Shown here piece by piece: positions 10,386 through 20,822 of a stretch of 64,000 nt of DNA. How positions within the stretch are numbered: the stretch's first letter is position 1; every line of letters begins with the position of its first letter. Origin of the DNA: an uncultured virus (IMG/VR IMGVR_UViG_3300031227_000026). Its lineage: Duplodnaviria; Heunggongvirae; Uroviricota; Caudoviricetes. The notes under the pieces are model-generated. The model saw nothing but the letters and a program-made list of their open reading frames with translations, did no database searches and was not told where the DNA came from. Position numbers and translations under genes: made by a program. The stretch is from IMG/VR virus record IMGVR_UViG_3300031227_000026. One strand, written 5' to 3'.

Positions 10386-10886
10386 CTAAACATTAGATTG
10401 TTCTTCACGAAGAATAATTGGTTCCTTAGCATTGCACTTACCAGTAGCACTGATAGTACCTGCCTTAAGATCACCATCTTTAGACTCAACACGGAAATCA
10501 GGGAACGTATATGTTTCCTTGTCCCCACAATTAATCGGCAATGGAGCATGGACAACGACAATATCGACAGCATACGGGTTACAAGCATCATCATCCGTAG
10601 AAATCCAACCTGCAGTCGCTGCCGAACCTTCACCACTAAAGGCATCTAAAATACCAACATCACCACTTCCAGGAGATATTTTTAAATATTCCCATACGAA
10701 GTCAAACTTAACATCCATAGGAACTTCATCAGCATTACGAACACCCCATATCGTGCCCCTATCGAGGATATATTCACGTGGTGTTCCAGCTGTCCATGTC
10801 AAGTTACCCGCTCCAATACGCATTGTAAGCGAATGCCCATCGCCATCTTGAATAGAGAGATCACAATTTTTAATATCTATAATCAT
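10386..10886 (-). CDS. Major tail tube protein
   Basis: 166 aa, beta-rich; lies between the terminator-like gene and the chaperone. Confidence 0.7.
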   Translation of the reverse strand: MIIDIKNCDLSIQDGDGHSLTMRIGAGNLTWTAGTPREYILDRGTIWGVRNADEVPMDVKFDFVWEYLKISPGSGDVGILDAFSGEGSAATAGWISTDDDACNPYAVDIVVVHAPLPINCGDKETYTFPDFRVESKDGDLKAGTISATGKCNAKEPIILREEQSNV

Positions 10887-10888
10887 TC

Positions 10889-11344
10889 TTAGTCTCCTTC
10901 TGTAAGATGAACTAAGTAATCACTCGTTATGAGCGTTGCTTGGTATTCATCTTTAGGATTGATCTGGCCCAGATTGGTAACAATTATCTCGGCCTCTTGA
11001 GTCATACAACCAAGTTGTGGCTGTCCAGGTTTACCATACTTATAGATAGGTATATTAGCAAATGCTTTTAAAAATACCCCTATCAAGTCTGGAACTTTGT
11101 ACATATTTTCATTCTCTTTCATAATACAATGAATGATTATGGATATAGTAATCTCAGTATCAAGGGCTTGAGGGCCATCATTTGTGATTACCATTCTTAA
11201 AACACTTTGCTCAATAAAAAGTGGAAGTTGATCAGTATTTTGAAACTGTCCCTCAATAAAAATAGGAACATTTTCTGTACTTGCATAGGAGGCAAAATGA
11301 TTTGTAATAGAGGCAAATAGCCAAGTAACCCATTTATTATCCAT
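10889..11344 (-). CDS. Tail terminator-like protein
   Basis: Size and position. Confidence 0.5.
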   Translation of the reverse strand: MDNKWVTWLFASITNHFASYASTENVPIFIEGQFQNTDQLPLFIEQSVLRMVITNDGPQALDTEITISIIIHCIMKENENMYKVPDLIGVFLKAFANIPIYKYGKPGQPQLGCMTQEAEIIVTNLGQINPKDEYQATLITSDYLVHLTEGD

Positions 11345-11696
11345 TTAATATTCCTCTACAAGTTACTAACCAACCTTCTAAATCAGAAATAACATCGATA
11401 ATGTTATAGGACTTAGTATCGATTAGGATAATATCGGAATTAACGGGAACCGTATCTACATCCTTAAAAGCGATGGAAACTGTCAAAGTTTGCGGATCAT
11501 AGTACCCACCAATTTTCAAACCAGTACCAATTACATCTCGCCATACGCGAGTAGGACTAACGACTGCTTTTTTGATTTTGAAATCTGTAACAATCGATAC
11601 AGGGTCTCCGGTAGATAAATTATAATCTCGTGCAATCCTGCGCAAAATTACTTTCCTACCTCGAAGTTTTTTTAACCCATATAATATAGTATTCAT
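11337..11696 (-). CDS. Head-tail joining (stopper-like) protein
   Basis: Size, position, Y+..TG motif and DIILID..YNI beta pattern. Confidence 0.5.
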   Translation of the reverse strand: MNTILYGLKKLRGRKVILRRIARDYNLSTGDPVSIVTDFKIKKAVVSPTRVWRDVIGTGLKIGGYYDPQTLTVSIAFKDVDTVPVNSDIILIDTKSYNIIDVISDLEGWLVTCRGILNG

Positions 11697-11701
11697 TATT
11701 T

Positions 11702-11962
11702 TTATGACCTAGTAAGACCTGCAATTGACCCTTCTAATTTACCAATAAGGTAAAGAATCTGTCTAAATTGTTCAGAGACAGTTTTATTAAAACCATCAAA
11801 GTGTTTGTCATAGGAGGCTTGAGTTTTTATTACCCCAGCCAATGTAGCAGCTATTGTCGCCATTTCTCTCTGAGTTGAAAGAACAATCTTTGATATCCAT
11901 ACGGCCCACCCTAATACGAGAACAGAGAAGATCATATAAAATACTTCTAACCAAGCTGGCAT
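11702..11962 (-). CDS. Small membrane protein (1 TM + coiled coil), possibly holin-like
   Basis: N-terminal hydrophobic helix; AGGAG RBS. Confidence 0.45.
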   Translation of the reverse strand: MPAWLEVFYMIFSVLVLGWAVWISKIVLSTQREMATIAATLAGVIKTQASYDKHFDGFNKTVSEQFRQILYLIGKLEGSIAGLTRS

Positions 11963-11987
11963 ATGCTCACTCCTAAATTGCGTCTTA

Positions 11988-12013
11988 GGGTGGGGATTTT
12001 AGAATCCCCACCC
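11988..12013 (-). terminator. Hairpin after the capsid gene
   Basis: GGGTGGGGATT-TTAG-AATCCCCACCC; no clear U-tract. Confidence 0.6.
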
Positions 12014-12029
12014 GTCAGACAAGTTACCT

Positions 12030-13391
12030 TTAGGCGAGCATCACAGCGCCAAGACGACGATCAAGGGTCTTAATACCACAGAGGGTATCTATAGTAACCA
12101 AGTGACCTTGATTACGCCCTTCATACGTAATAGTAACGCGAACCGCGAGACCATTGAAATTAGCAACATACGACAATGCTCCAGTTCCAGGCTGCGGCGC
12201 TGCCAATGGCCTCATCACAAGCGCAAGAGCGTTGCGATGGAAACCGAAACAGTAATCACCAATAGGCCCGAGGCCAAGAAGAGCCTCATCTGCGGCGGCC
12301 GCTTCAAGTGAGCGGTTAAGCAGAACCGTAGTGGCGGTTGGAGCCGACATCAGACCATAATTAACAGCACCAGCACTAAGCAAGCGGCCAGTAGCAGGAA
12401 CAGGCGTAACAGTGTCAATCGTCAGTTCCTTATTATACTTGACAGCATAACCATCCGGGGCATTATCAACCTGAACACCCGAATACACCGTAACAACTGC
12501 AGCCGAGTCACAAGCACTCTTTAGGCCTGGAGTAATGGCGAGCGACGTACTTGGGTCACCAGTATTCGTAACAATACGCTGTGGAGTCATGTCTCCAGCA
12601 ACCGTCAGCCATGTACCAGCAACAAATACCTCGGATGTGCCCGTAATCGCAATAGTCGTCGCGCCTACAGCATGATCACCATCCAAAGCAGCTGCATCAC
12701 TATCACCACTTACGATACTAGGAACATTCTGGCCCATCCAGACATTGTAACCAAACCGGCGACCAAGAGAACCTTCACGCATCGCCGTGCCATCATCACC
12801 GATTTTCTCAGCATTCGTGAAGTCAGCAATGCCAAGCAAGTCAGCTTCAACCTTCGGAGAAACAAGTAGGTTACGACCTTCAGTTGGAACCTTGTTGGTA
12901 TTCATGAGTTCACGCAACTCAAGAACAGTCGTCTTCGTCGCACCAGCACCAAGCTGACCAACATTATACGTCAGGAAATCATAAGCCTGGTTGAGCAGCA
13001 CTTCGTCAATAGCCTGCGCAATTGACAGCATACCAGGAACAAGATACTCATCTCTAAGTTTCTTGAAACCCTTCGTCTCTTCACCATCTTTGATAATGAA
13101 AGCCGTATGGAGATGCTGGTCAAGTGGAACCGGCACGTTAGTAGCCGACGCATCCTGAATCGTAACAGCATCCGTGTCCGTCTTACGTTTCGCAACGAAA
13201 GTACCGGGCATGCGAGTATTAACGACATCACCAAAACTAGCAATATTGTCCTCGAAATCACGATGAACAAGATTTGCCGCAATCATTTGAGCTTCAAGAA
13301 TCATCAATGATTCTTGCGCCCAGACTTCGGGAATGAACGCGGAGTTGTCATTCTCGAACACAACCTTAAAACTCTTCGATCTTGTAATCAT
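12030..13391 (-). CDS. Major capsid protein (P22 coat-like HK97 fold with an insertion domain)
   Basis: FIPEVWA, GDVVN..P, VP.EGR.LLVSP, G..GRRFGYNV, FHRNALALVMRPL; directly follows the scaffold. Confidence 0.88.
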   Translation of the reverse strand: MITRSKSFKVVFENDNSAFIPEVWAQESLMILEAQMIAANLVHRDFEDNIASFGDVVNTRMPGTFVAKRKTDTDAVTIQDASATNVPVPLDQHLHTAFIIKDGEETKGFKKLRDEYLVPGMLSIAQAIDEVLLNQAYDFLTYNVGQLGAGATKTTVLELRELMNTNKVPTEGRNLLVSPKVEADLLGIADFTNAEKIGDDGTAMREGSLGRRFGYNVWMGQNVPSIVSGDSDAAALDGDHAVGATTIAITGTSEVFVAGTWLTVAGDMTPQRIVTNTGDPSTSLAITPGLKSACDSAAVVTVYSGVQVDNAPDGYAVKYNKELTIDTVTPVPATGRLLSAGAVNYGLMSAPTATTVLLNRSLEAAAADEALLGLGPIGDYCFGFHRNALALVMRPLAAPQPGTGALSYVANFNGLAVRVTITYEGRNQGHLVTIDTLCGIKTLDRRLGAVMLA

Positions 13392-13405
13392 ACTGAAATT
13401 CTCCT

Positions 13406-14209
13406 CTACTTAAAAATTACCTTGCCGTCAGCTTTAGCCTTGCGATAGGCTTCAGGATTTCTGGCAAGTTCTTTGAGATTTACTGGTTTACCTTTGCTTC
13501 TATTAAAGGCACCGGCTCCACCGGAACCATCTGCATTGAACAGATTCTGATACTCCGGCATTTCTTTCATTTTTTCGATAGCTTCGTCCACAGACAAATT
13601 AAGAACTACTGGTTTTCCATCTTTATCAGTAGTATCTAAAGCTGTCATGGGGACCTGTTGACCGGTAGGCTTTCCGTCATCATCAAGTTTATCGGTCAGC
13701 GTAGTAGTTGCCCGCATTATAGCCATAATTTGCGGGGGGTAATATGCCTTATGCTTAACTGCGGCAGCTGTGATAGCGGTTTCGATAGTTGATTGCGTAA
13801 ATCGATTTTTCCAATCATCACGTTCAGCGATGGTTTTTTCAGATTCTTCTTTCATCTTTTTCTGAAATTTTTCAAATTCAGTTTTTGCAATCTCTTCTTT
13901 GGTCTGGATAGTTTTCGATAGTACTTCAATACGTCCTTCAAGTCCAGTACGTTCTTCATCGGTCATTGTAGCTTTTGCTTTTAGCAATTCCAATTCATCA
14001 AGTGCTTTTTTAAGATTGCCTTGATTTTTTTGACGTTCGGCAACAAGCAATTTTTCAGAGTCAGCCTTAGTCATAGTTTCTGCAGCTTCAGCGGCTGCTT
14101 TATCTGCGACTGCTTTATCAGCGGCGGCTTTAGCGGCGGCTTCAGCATCCCCATCTTCAAAAATAGCATGCCAAATAGGGCTACGTGGATTGTTTCGATA
14201 ATTTTTCAT
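13406..14209 (-). CDS. Capsid scaffolding protein
   Basis: Coiled-coil, Ala/Lys/Glu-rich, NLF..GSGG C-terminal motif; upstream of the capsid gene. Confidence 0.75.
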   Translation of the reverse strand: MKNYRNNPRSPIWHAIFEDGDAEAAAKAAADKAVADKAAAEAAETMTKADSEKLLVAERQKNQGNLKKALDELELLKAKATMTDEERTGLEGRIEVLSKTIQTKEEIAKTEFEKFQKKMKEESEKTIAERDDWKNRFTQSTIETAITAAAVKHKAYYPPQIMAIMRATTTLTDKLDDDGKPTGQQVPMTALDTTDKDGKPVVLNLSVDEAIEKMKEMPEYQNLFNADGSGGAGAFNRSKGKPVNLKELARNPEAYRKAKADGKVIFK

Positions 14210-14225
14210 ACAAATGCTCCTTAAA

Positions 14226-14666
14226 TTAGGACGTCCTATACAAGTCTACATCGCCAGCCTGATATACATAAGGTTTTAAATATTGCCACGCAAGTGACGA
14301 AGGTATGTGATAAATGATATGCTCAGGAAATTCTTCTCGATTATACGAGACTGTAGAATTTGCATATTTCTGAGACGCCACGTTCAACATGTCGAACTCT
14401 TTTTCAGGGTTCACACCATCAACAATTGCGAGTGCAATTTCTGCACACGCGATTTCAAAATTATTTTCTTTTTGGGCAATATATTCAGCATACGCAGCAT
14501 CTTCAAGGTCTGCTTCAGTAAGAATATTCAAAGGTAGCGCGTCGATAAGTCTTGTAGATGTTTCTAATGCTTTTCTTTTTTCAAGATTTGTTGAGTCATC
14601 CCAAGATTGTGAAAAAGCACTATAATAAAAATAGTCATCAGCTTCTTTTAAAGTACAATAACTCAC
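14226..14666 (-). CDS. Head-tail adaptor (DnaT-like/gp15-like)
   Basis: SYCTLKEADDYF..W..KRKAL..TRLID motif. Confidence 0.7.
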   Translation of the reverse strand: MSYCTLKEADDYFYYSAFSQSWDDSTNLEKRKALETSTRLIDALPLNILTEADLEDAAYAEYIAQKENNFEIACAEIALAIVDGVNPEKEFDMLNVASQKYANSTVSYNREEFPEHIIYHIPSSLAWQYLKPYVYQAGDVDLYRTS

Positions 14667-14676
14667 ACTACTCTCC

Positions 14677-14988
14677 TTACCAAAATAAATGACCCCATAT
14701 TACTGCATTAAGAGCAGGTAGGAGTCCACGAATTCCAAATATCAACCAAGTATGAAATACTAAAAAGCACATAGCACAAATTCCAACCCACCCAGTTAAT
14801 ATGGACCTTATATACCTGGTGATAGTCTGTTGTCCCTGCGCTAAAAGAATTAAATCTAAAATACCCACTAGTGTTAGTAATATAACACCTATCCACATCG
14901 TTTTCCTCTTATGTGATGGCATAAAGTGACTTGCCCACATTAAAATAGTCGAGACACAAATTAAAGACGCTCCGATTTTAGCAATCAT
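14677..14988 (-). CDS. Small 3-TM membrane protein
   Basis: Three hydrophobic segments in 103 aa. Confidence 0.6.
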   Translation of the reverse strand: MIAKIGASLICVSTILMWASHFMPSHKRKTMWIGVILLTLVGILDLILLAQGQQTITRYIRSILTGWVGICAMCFLVFHTWLIFGIRGLLPALNAVIWGHLFW

Positions 14989-16643
14989 TTAGTATTCTCC
15001 AACTCGGCTAAATTCTTTTCGTCTTTAGGTCCGGTTCCTGTTGGATCCAAGTCTTTAGTACCGCGAGCACCAGGATTTGCAGCAGTGATGCCAGCTTTAC
15101 TTTGCGCTGCAGCCACACGCACGGCTCTTTCGGCATGATCTTTACGAGCTTTCTCGACTTCACCCTTTGGATAGCCTCGCAACTTGCTTGCTGTTTCTTC
15201 GGAAACCAAACTAGCTTCAATATCCTTTAGTAAGATTTCAGGATCGACAATAACGGTGGCAGCTTCATCGATTTCTTTTTCAATCTTTGTCATTTGTTCG
15301 ATAGTGATTTCCCTACCAACAGTTAATCTAGCGATTTTCTTAGCAATGACCTTCTGATAAGTTTTCGATGGTGACTTAATCATCATATTAGACAGTCGGT
15401 CGGCCTCATTACTGTAGTCTTCATCAGTCCTAAGGTCATAACGCCGGGGATACGTAATAACAGTATTGTCGGACTTGACGCCAAGATAATCACAATATAT
15501 CATTGCAATTTGTCGTTCGCCATATTCTAGTTCAAGACCAATATTACCTAGTCCTGCTTCAAGACCCCTTTGATCTGCAGTTTTTGACTCCGCAGATGCT
15601 CTACCAGGAGTAACATTAGTTACTGCTAAATGTATCAGGGTTCGTATCTCTAGCTTAAGATTATCTTGTTTCTCCATCGAAGCTCTAAGTGGCTCTGCGG
15701 AAGGATGAATAAATCCAGGTCTCTCTAGACCTTTAGGGTAGCGACGACCTTGAGATACACCAACTTCGAGATTTGTTTTAACATCGTCGTCACCAGCAGC
15801 TTGCTTAGCAGCATTATCCGTTAGAGCTGAGTATTGCTCAGTATAAAACGGGAAATTACTTCTGAAAGCATAGTTCATATCCGATGAAGCAAGATTGAGA
15901 TGAGCAATCTGATAATCGGCAATGTCTGTTAGTAATGAGTTTGAGATTTCAAAAATCACAAATGGTATTTGTTTCAATTTAAGAAGCATTCTACTATTTG
16001 GTACCTCTTTGCCATCTCCATCATAGAATAAAACATCAATACCTGTTTCTGTTTTCACTAACAAACGATATTGGACTTCCTCACTAGTTGGAAGACCTGT
16101 TTCTTCATCATTTATAAGGATAGTATCTTCAAGTAGAATACGTTTTAGTTGGCCATTTTCATCATATGACCAAGACAAAATTTCTTCGGCATGATACATA
16201 TAAAGATAGGGCAAGGAACCCTTTGATTCTACTAATGTAGCATTGTCTTGGATTTTCTGGCGATCTATGAAGACACCAACCTTACCTAGCGCTAGCAATT
16301 CTTCAAGAATCTTGGACCCAATGAAGTTATTCATGGTATTTCCACAAAGGTCAATACCTTTGCCTTGACCAGTAACTGCCGCATTATACTCTTTGCATCC
16401 TGTTTTTCGGATGATGTCTGCCATTTTCTGATAAATAGAGTCTTTAACCTCTAGAAGAGCAGATTTAGCATGCGCTGGACAATAAGATATGTCCTTACGT
16501 AGAGCATAATCAACTGTTGACTCTTTAGTTGAATACTGTTTCAAGTATGAATCAACAAATGCTTTACCACTAGCTAAAGTCGCCCGATATTTTGCCCAAT
16601 CAGTTATATTAGCAACATAATCAGGATGATGACTTGGTTTCAT
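14985..16643 (-). CDS. Portal protein
   Basis: HPDY..W, PYL..Y.AE.I..W, IPFV, L.DIA..IAH; follows the terminase. Confidence 0.85.
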   Translation of the reverse strand: MKPSHHPDYVANITDWAKYRATLASGKAFVDSYLKQYSTKESTVDYALRKDISYCPAHAKSALLEVKDSIYQKMADIIRKTGCKEYNAAVTGQGKGIDLCGNTMNNFIGSKILEELLALGKVGVFIDRQKIQDNATLVESKGSLPYLYMYHAEEILSWSYDENGQLKRILLEDTILINDEETGLPTSEEVQYRLLVKTETGIDVLFYDGDGKEVPNSRMLLKLKQIPFVIFEISNSLLTDIADYQIAHLNLASSDMNYAFRSNFPFYTEQYSALTDNAAKQAAGDDDVKTNLEVGVSQGRRYPKGLERPGFIHPSAEPLRASMEKQDNLKLEIRTLIHLAVTNVTPGRASAESKTADQRGLEAGLGNIGLELEYGERQIAMIYCDYLGVKSDNTVITYPRRYDLRTDEDYSNEADRLSNMMIKSPSKTYQKVIAKKIARLTVGREITIEQMTKIEKEIDEAATVIVDPEILLKDIEASLVSEETASKLRGYPKGEVEKARKDHAERAVRVAAAQSKAGITAANPGARGTKDLDPTGTGPKDEKNLAELENTK

Positions 16644-16652
16644 ATTTAACTC

Positions 16653-18296
16653 CTAGTATACATTATTAATATCTTTAGCAACATCTTGCGAAACAACAAT
16701 AGCAAGAGCTATCTCACTATACGTTCTAGCATGAGCAAAGTGATCAGCAGCATTTGCTGGTGTCAGGAATCTACCTACAGGATTACCACGTTTATCTTTC
16801 TCGTAAGTACGAGTTGGTATCTTTAAATGAGAACGGTATTCAATGGAAATATCCTTTGGTAGAGAGATAAGTTGATTTTTAAATCTACTAAGTGCTGCAT
16901 CCATCCAAGATGTTCTATCCACAGTTATTGTACAATCTTCTTCAGCATGCATATGAAGCTCTTTACCACTGACACCCATACCATAAAAGCAAAGCTTAAC
17001 TAACCCATAGAAGCGTTGTGCAAATTCTAGAGCTTTACGTCGTTCTGGATTTGCATCGATGACAGCAAACAAGACCCTATACTCTTTCAATATGGCATCT
17101 AGGTCTTCAAAATTTTCTACTTTACCTGCAGCAATAACTTGAGGCACAGCATCTATCAGGCTGTTGCTTTTTTCAGATTCACTAAGTGACCACGAGGCTA
17201 TTTCGTAATGTAGAAATTTTCCAACATCAATACCCATTGTTACTATACCATGCTTCTTGGGGCCCGAGATATATTCACCGACACATTGATCTAAAAATCC
17301 GTCTGTGATTCGTGCGCCTTCGACTTCATGTGGGATACCAAGCTTCGAGTTATAGAATTCTGTTTCATCCTCTGGGTTTGTTAGTCCTCGCAAGTAGGAT
17401 ATGGCAATTTTACTCGGTGCCTCTGTTGTGGAATAGAGTTGATTAACATGAAAGCCTCTGACCATACGATTCTCAAATGATGGCACCCATTCGCCGTCTT
17501 GTAGAAATGTAACTTTATCTTCATGAGGCAGCTTACCGAGACATTCTTTGCATATGATATATGATTCTAAAATCTTAGGATCGGAAATTACATCACTGGT
17601 CATGACCAGACAATCTGGAAAAACTAATTCAGTCATGTGCCCACAATTTGGGCATCTGAAGAAATAGTGTTCAGCAGTAGAATTATTGTACTCGCTCGAT
17701 ATTCCAAAGTTGCCAATCGTGGGCGTAGAAATTTTTATTATCTGACTGCTGACTTGCCCGGACGTTCGTTCAAGAGCTAGTGTTACATTTTTTTGCACCA
17801 TTTCATCAAGCTCATCGAATACAATCTTACTGACTGGTACGGATTTCATCTGGCTACGGGAACGCGATCCTCTGATGTACAAGTTGGCCGACCCTGCCCT
17901 TTTGTGACCAATATTCTTGACTTTAGAGAAGAGGTTTTTCAAGTGGTCAGACATTTCAAGAGCAGGGTCGAATCTTGATGCGGAAAATTCTGATGCATCT
18001 GGTGTCGATGCTGGTAGTACATAGAGGATAGACTCGGCCTTTACGTCGATAGTAAATAAAGTTACATTTAAACATGTCTCAGTGAATCCCATCTGAGCCG
18101 CTTTTTGCCCTACCCAGTCGTCTTCACAATCATGCATTTCTCGAAGCCAAGGATGGCGCTTAAATGCCCAAGGACCAGGAAGTGGCATACCCATAACGCG
18201 GTAGGCTTCTGCCCACTTGGATGCTGTAGTAATAGACTTTCTGCGGAGTCCAGAGACAAGTCTTTCTCTAAATACTGTTATGAGTTTATCGTTCAT
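16653..18296 (-). CDS. Terminase large subunit (lambda GpA-like)
   Basis: KAAQMGFTE (Walker A-like), FDELD (Walker B), ISTPT, CPNCG zinc site, MGIDVG nuclease motif. Confidence 0.92.
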   Translation of the reverse strand: MNDKLITVFRERLVSGLRRKSITTASKWAEAYRVMGMPLPGPWAFKRHPWLREMHDCEDDWVGQKAAQMGFTETCLNVTLFTIDVKAESILYVLPASTPDASEFSASRFDPALEMSDHLKNLFSKVKNIGHKRAGSANLYIRGSRSRSQMKSVPVSKIVFDELDEMVQKNVTLALERTSGQVSSQIIKISTPTIGNFGISSEYNNSTAEHYFFRCPNCGHMTELVFPDCLVMTSDVISDPKILESYIICKECLGKLPHEDKVTFLQDGEWVPSFENRMVRGFHVNQLYSTTEAPSKIAISYLRGLTNPEDETEFYNSKLGIPHEVEGARITDGFLDQCVGEYISGPKKHGIVTMGIDVGKFLHYEIASWSLSESEKSNSLIDAVPQVIAAGKVENFEDLDAILKEYRVLFAVIDANPERRKALEFAQRFYGLVKLCFYGMGVSGKELHMHAEEDCTITVDRTSWMDAALSRFKNQLISLPKDISIEYRSHLKIPTRTYEKDKRGNPVGRFLTPANAADHFAHARTYSEIALAIVVSQDVAKDINNVY

Positions 18297-18832
18297 TCAC
18301 TATCCTTACCTTGAGCCATGATTTCCATAATCCCATCTGCTATTTTAGAAATCATTGTTTCATCGTGGATATGTGCCCCAATGACTTCTATTACTTGCAC
18401 TGCGAATTGTATCAAAGTCTGTTTATCGAGGAGGGTATCCATTGAACCTTCTAGCTTATGGCAGCTTGACACCAGCTTTTCGATTTTAACAACGAGTTCA
18501 GAAATAGTCTGTGATTTCAGCAATAGGTCAGTAGAATCCTTACATCTATTTATTTGCTCTTCAAGAAGCATCCGTAAGATGGCGATTTCATCTCGTAGAG
18601 TCTTGATACCATCGGAATTATAAAAATCATCGAGTCGAGCTTTATATTTTTCGATACGATAATTTTGTAATTGCTTTTTAGTTATGTCATTAGCTATATG
18701 AGTACCACCATGACACTTACAGTATTTCGTACCCGAAACAGAGACATTCAAACATTGTCCATGAGTACCGATAACTGCTTGACATCGATTTGGGTCGTCT
18801 TCTTCAGTTATTCTTTCCATGCCTTCAGCCAT
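18293..18832 (-). CDS. Probable terminase small subunit
   Basis: Directly upstream of TerL; RC..QC..C.CHGG motif; LRDEIAILR helix. Confidence 0.65.
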   Translation of the reverse strand: MAEGMERITEEDDPNRCQAVIGTHGQCLNVSVSGTKYCKCHGGTHIANDITKKQLQNYRIEKYKARLDDFYNSDGIKTLRDEIAILRMLLEEQINRCKDSTDLLLKSQTISELVVKIEKLVSSCHKLEGSMDTLLDKQTLIQFAVQVIEVIGAHIHDETMISKIADGIMEIMAQGKDSE

Positions 18833-18895
18833 TGTATTCCTTTCATGATCTCAAAATCACGACAGATTTTAAAATCAGAATATGATCTCTATACT

Positions 18896-18925
18896 ATACT
18901 ATCCGAATAAGCTATAATCGTCTAA
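18896..18925 (-). promoter_or_regulatory. Promoter for the packaging/virion operon
   Basis: TTAGAC-gattatagcttattcgga-TAGTAT; same pattern as the promoters at 63.2 and 63.4 kb. Confidence 0.65.
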
Positions 18926-19055
18926 CTTATTTCCGTAATGTTAAAAAATAGATTTATTTTTGCATTTCAGAATTTTGTCGAGATTTTGAAATCAGAAATT
19001 TTGATTTTTGGAATTTTGATTTTTAGAATCATACCAGATATTTACCTACCCGGTA

Positions 19056-19219
19056 TCTTGGCTACTTGTAGTCTTTGTATCTTGCCTCTTGGCTACTTGT
19101 AGTCTTTGTATCTTGCCTCTTGCCTCTTGCCTCTTGCCTCTTGCCTCTTGCCTCTTGCCTCTTGCCTCTTGCCTCTTGCCTCTTGCCCTTGCCCTTGCCC
19201 TTGCCTCTTGCCTCTTGCC
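19056..19219. repeat. Heptamer microsatellite (TCTTGCC)n preceded by a 31-bp duplication
   Basis: 11 consecutive TCTTGCC from 19111, then 3 CTTGCC, then 2 TCTTGCC. Confidence 0.95.
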
Positions 19220-19297
19220 CTATTTCAAATATTCCTGAGTTCAGATACCGTAACCAGGACATCAATCAATCTTAAGTCCTTTACCGTCTTCTTCGCG

Positions 19298-19332
19298 AAA
19301 AAACACCCACCCTGCGCAGGGCGCAGGGTAGG
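19298..19332 (-). terminator. Rho-independent terminator closing the GC-rich operon
   Basis: CCTACCCTGCGC-CCT-GCGCAGGGTGGG followed by TGTTTTTT. Confidence 0.8.
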
Positions 19333-19347
19333 CATCAAAGCGGCGGC

Positions 19348-19425
19348 TCATTTTTTCATAGGCATTAAGACCCCTAGAACGTAGCCAAGTGCGGACAAAC
19401 ACGCGCCTAGAATGACATTATCCAT
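19348..19425 (-). CDS. 25-aa hydrophobic peptide
   Basis: GAGGAG RBS, then MDNVILGACLSALGYVLGVLMPMKK. Confidence 0.45.
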   Translation of the reverse strand: MDNVILGACLSALGYVLGVLMPMKK

Positions 19426-19453
19426 CGGCAAAGTCTCCTCGATTAAAGACATG

Positions 19454-20719
19454 TCATTTCTGGGCATCCGCGCGCGCTTTTTCGACTTTACTAGCCAAAG
19501 CGACACGCTCTGACTTTGCAAGCTCGACGGCATCCGCGAACAGGCGGGCGTCGGCATCGAGCGCAACAAGACGCGCTTTGTCGATATTTGCGCCGGCGGC
19601 CATTTTCAGCGTAAGTTGAACGACTTCAGATAGATACGTTCCCGACTTCAATTCGCCGAGCATGGCCTTTGCGGACATCGCCTTTGCCGCTTTTTCGCCA
19701 TTGGCCGCGGCCGCCGCGGCAACGACACTGTTTTCCTTGACCTTTTGCCAAGCCAGCTTGTAGTTTGCGCCGACTTTGTAGCGGTCAACACCAGCGGGGT
19801 TGTCCAATTTCGCATCGGCATCTTTATCCGCGCGAAGTGCCTTCGCAAGGTCAACAAGGTCGGTTGTCTTGACTTCCGGCAACTCGCCAAACGCATGCGT
19901 TTTGTCGAGGACAAGTTTGAGCGAGTTCGCCCACGCTTCCGACACTATCGGCGGCAAGCTCATCAGTCGAGTATACTTTTGTATGACGCCACGGCGCCCG
20001 ACGAATGACCGCGCATCTGCGCGTTTGTTCTCGCCTTTTTCGCGAAGTTCGGCAACTTCCGCGCTCAACTTGGCGTTCGGATGGATGCTGTCGATGAGTC
20101 CGCCAAGACGCGCGACTAGCGCCGGTTCTGCGCTTATGCCAGCGGCGCGCAACATGCGGACTGCGCGATACAACTCGGTTGGCGTGCGCAACGCGATAGT
20201 GTTACCGCTATCAATTTTCAGATCCATTTCCTGCGCAGGCGTCAAGTTGTGGTAAACTTTGACACGCGCCGTCGTTGCATTCAAATAGCGCAGGGCGGCG
20301 GCGCGCCGATGTCCCTGTAACGTTCGCGCGACGTTCGGGGCATCGTCTAGGACATTCGCGCTGATATGCTCGCGCTGTCCGACGGCATCAATATCGGCCG
20401 CCAGATTAACGATGTCCTGTCTGTCGGCATCGCGCACGTTTTCGACTTCGAGCAAGTTCGATAGCGGGTAGTCTTCCACTAGCTGGAAAACGTAGCCGCT
20501 ACTGTCCGTGCCAGAGAAGTGTTCCTCGACAAGCTCAAGCGCGGCCGCGGCCAACATCTTGTCTTTTGCGGTCATTTTGACAGGCGCCGTCGGCTTGACT
20601 TCGACTGGCGCCACTTCGGCCTCTTCGGCCTCTTTGGCCTTCGGCTCGACTGGCTCGACTTCGACTGACGCCGTCGGCTCGACTTCGACTTCGACGGCCG
20701 CTTTGGTTTTCTTGCTCAT
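19454..20719 (-). CDS. ParB/Srx-like domain protein
   Basis: ENVR..IVNLAADIDAVGQREHI..LQGHRRAAAL (ParB GxxR motif); N-terminal VEVEP low-complexity tract. Confidence 0.7.
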   Translation of the reverse strand: MSKKTKAAVEVEVEPTASVEVEPVEPKAKEAEEAEVAPVEVKPTAPVKMTAKDKMLAAAALELVEEHFSGTDSSGYVFQLVEDYPLSNLLEVENVRDADRQDIVNLAADIDAVGQREHISANVLDDAPNVARTLQGHRRAAALRYLNATTARVKVYHNLTPAQEMDLKIDSGNTIALRTPTELYRAVRMLRAAGISAEPALVARLGGLIDSIHPNAKLSAEVAELREKGENKRADARSFVGRRGVIQKYTRLMSLPPIVSEAWANSLKLVLDKTHAFGELPEVKTTDLVDLAKALRADKDADAKLDNPAGVDRYKVGANYKLAWQKVKENSVVAAAAAANGEKAAKAMSAKAMLGELKSGTYLSEVVQLTLKMAAGANIDKARLVALDADARLFADAVELAKSERVALASKVEKARADAQK

Positions 20720-20822
20720 TTTTCATTTCCTCAATGTGTGTGTATTCTGTTTTTCAAATCATATCGGCAAAAGTTCACAATTTGTGAACAGGCGGCGGGC
20801 GCGGTCGATAGATGGCATATGT

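Noticed and set aside
19062..19384. ORFs with CLLPLAS / RGKRQEA repeats (likewise SHVSCLM at 21984..22214)
   Set aside because: Stop-free translations of heptamer microsatellites.
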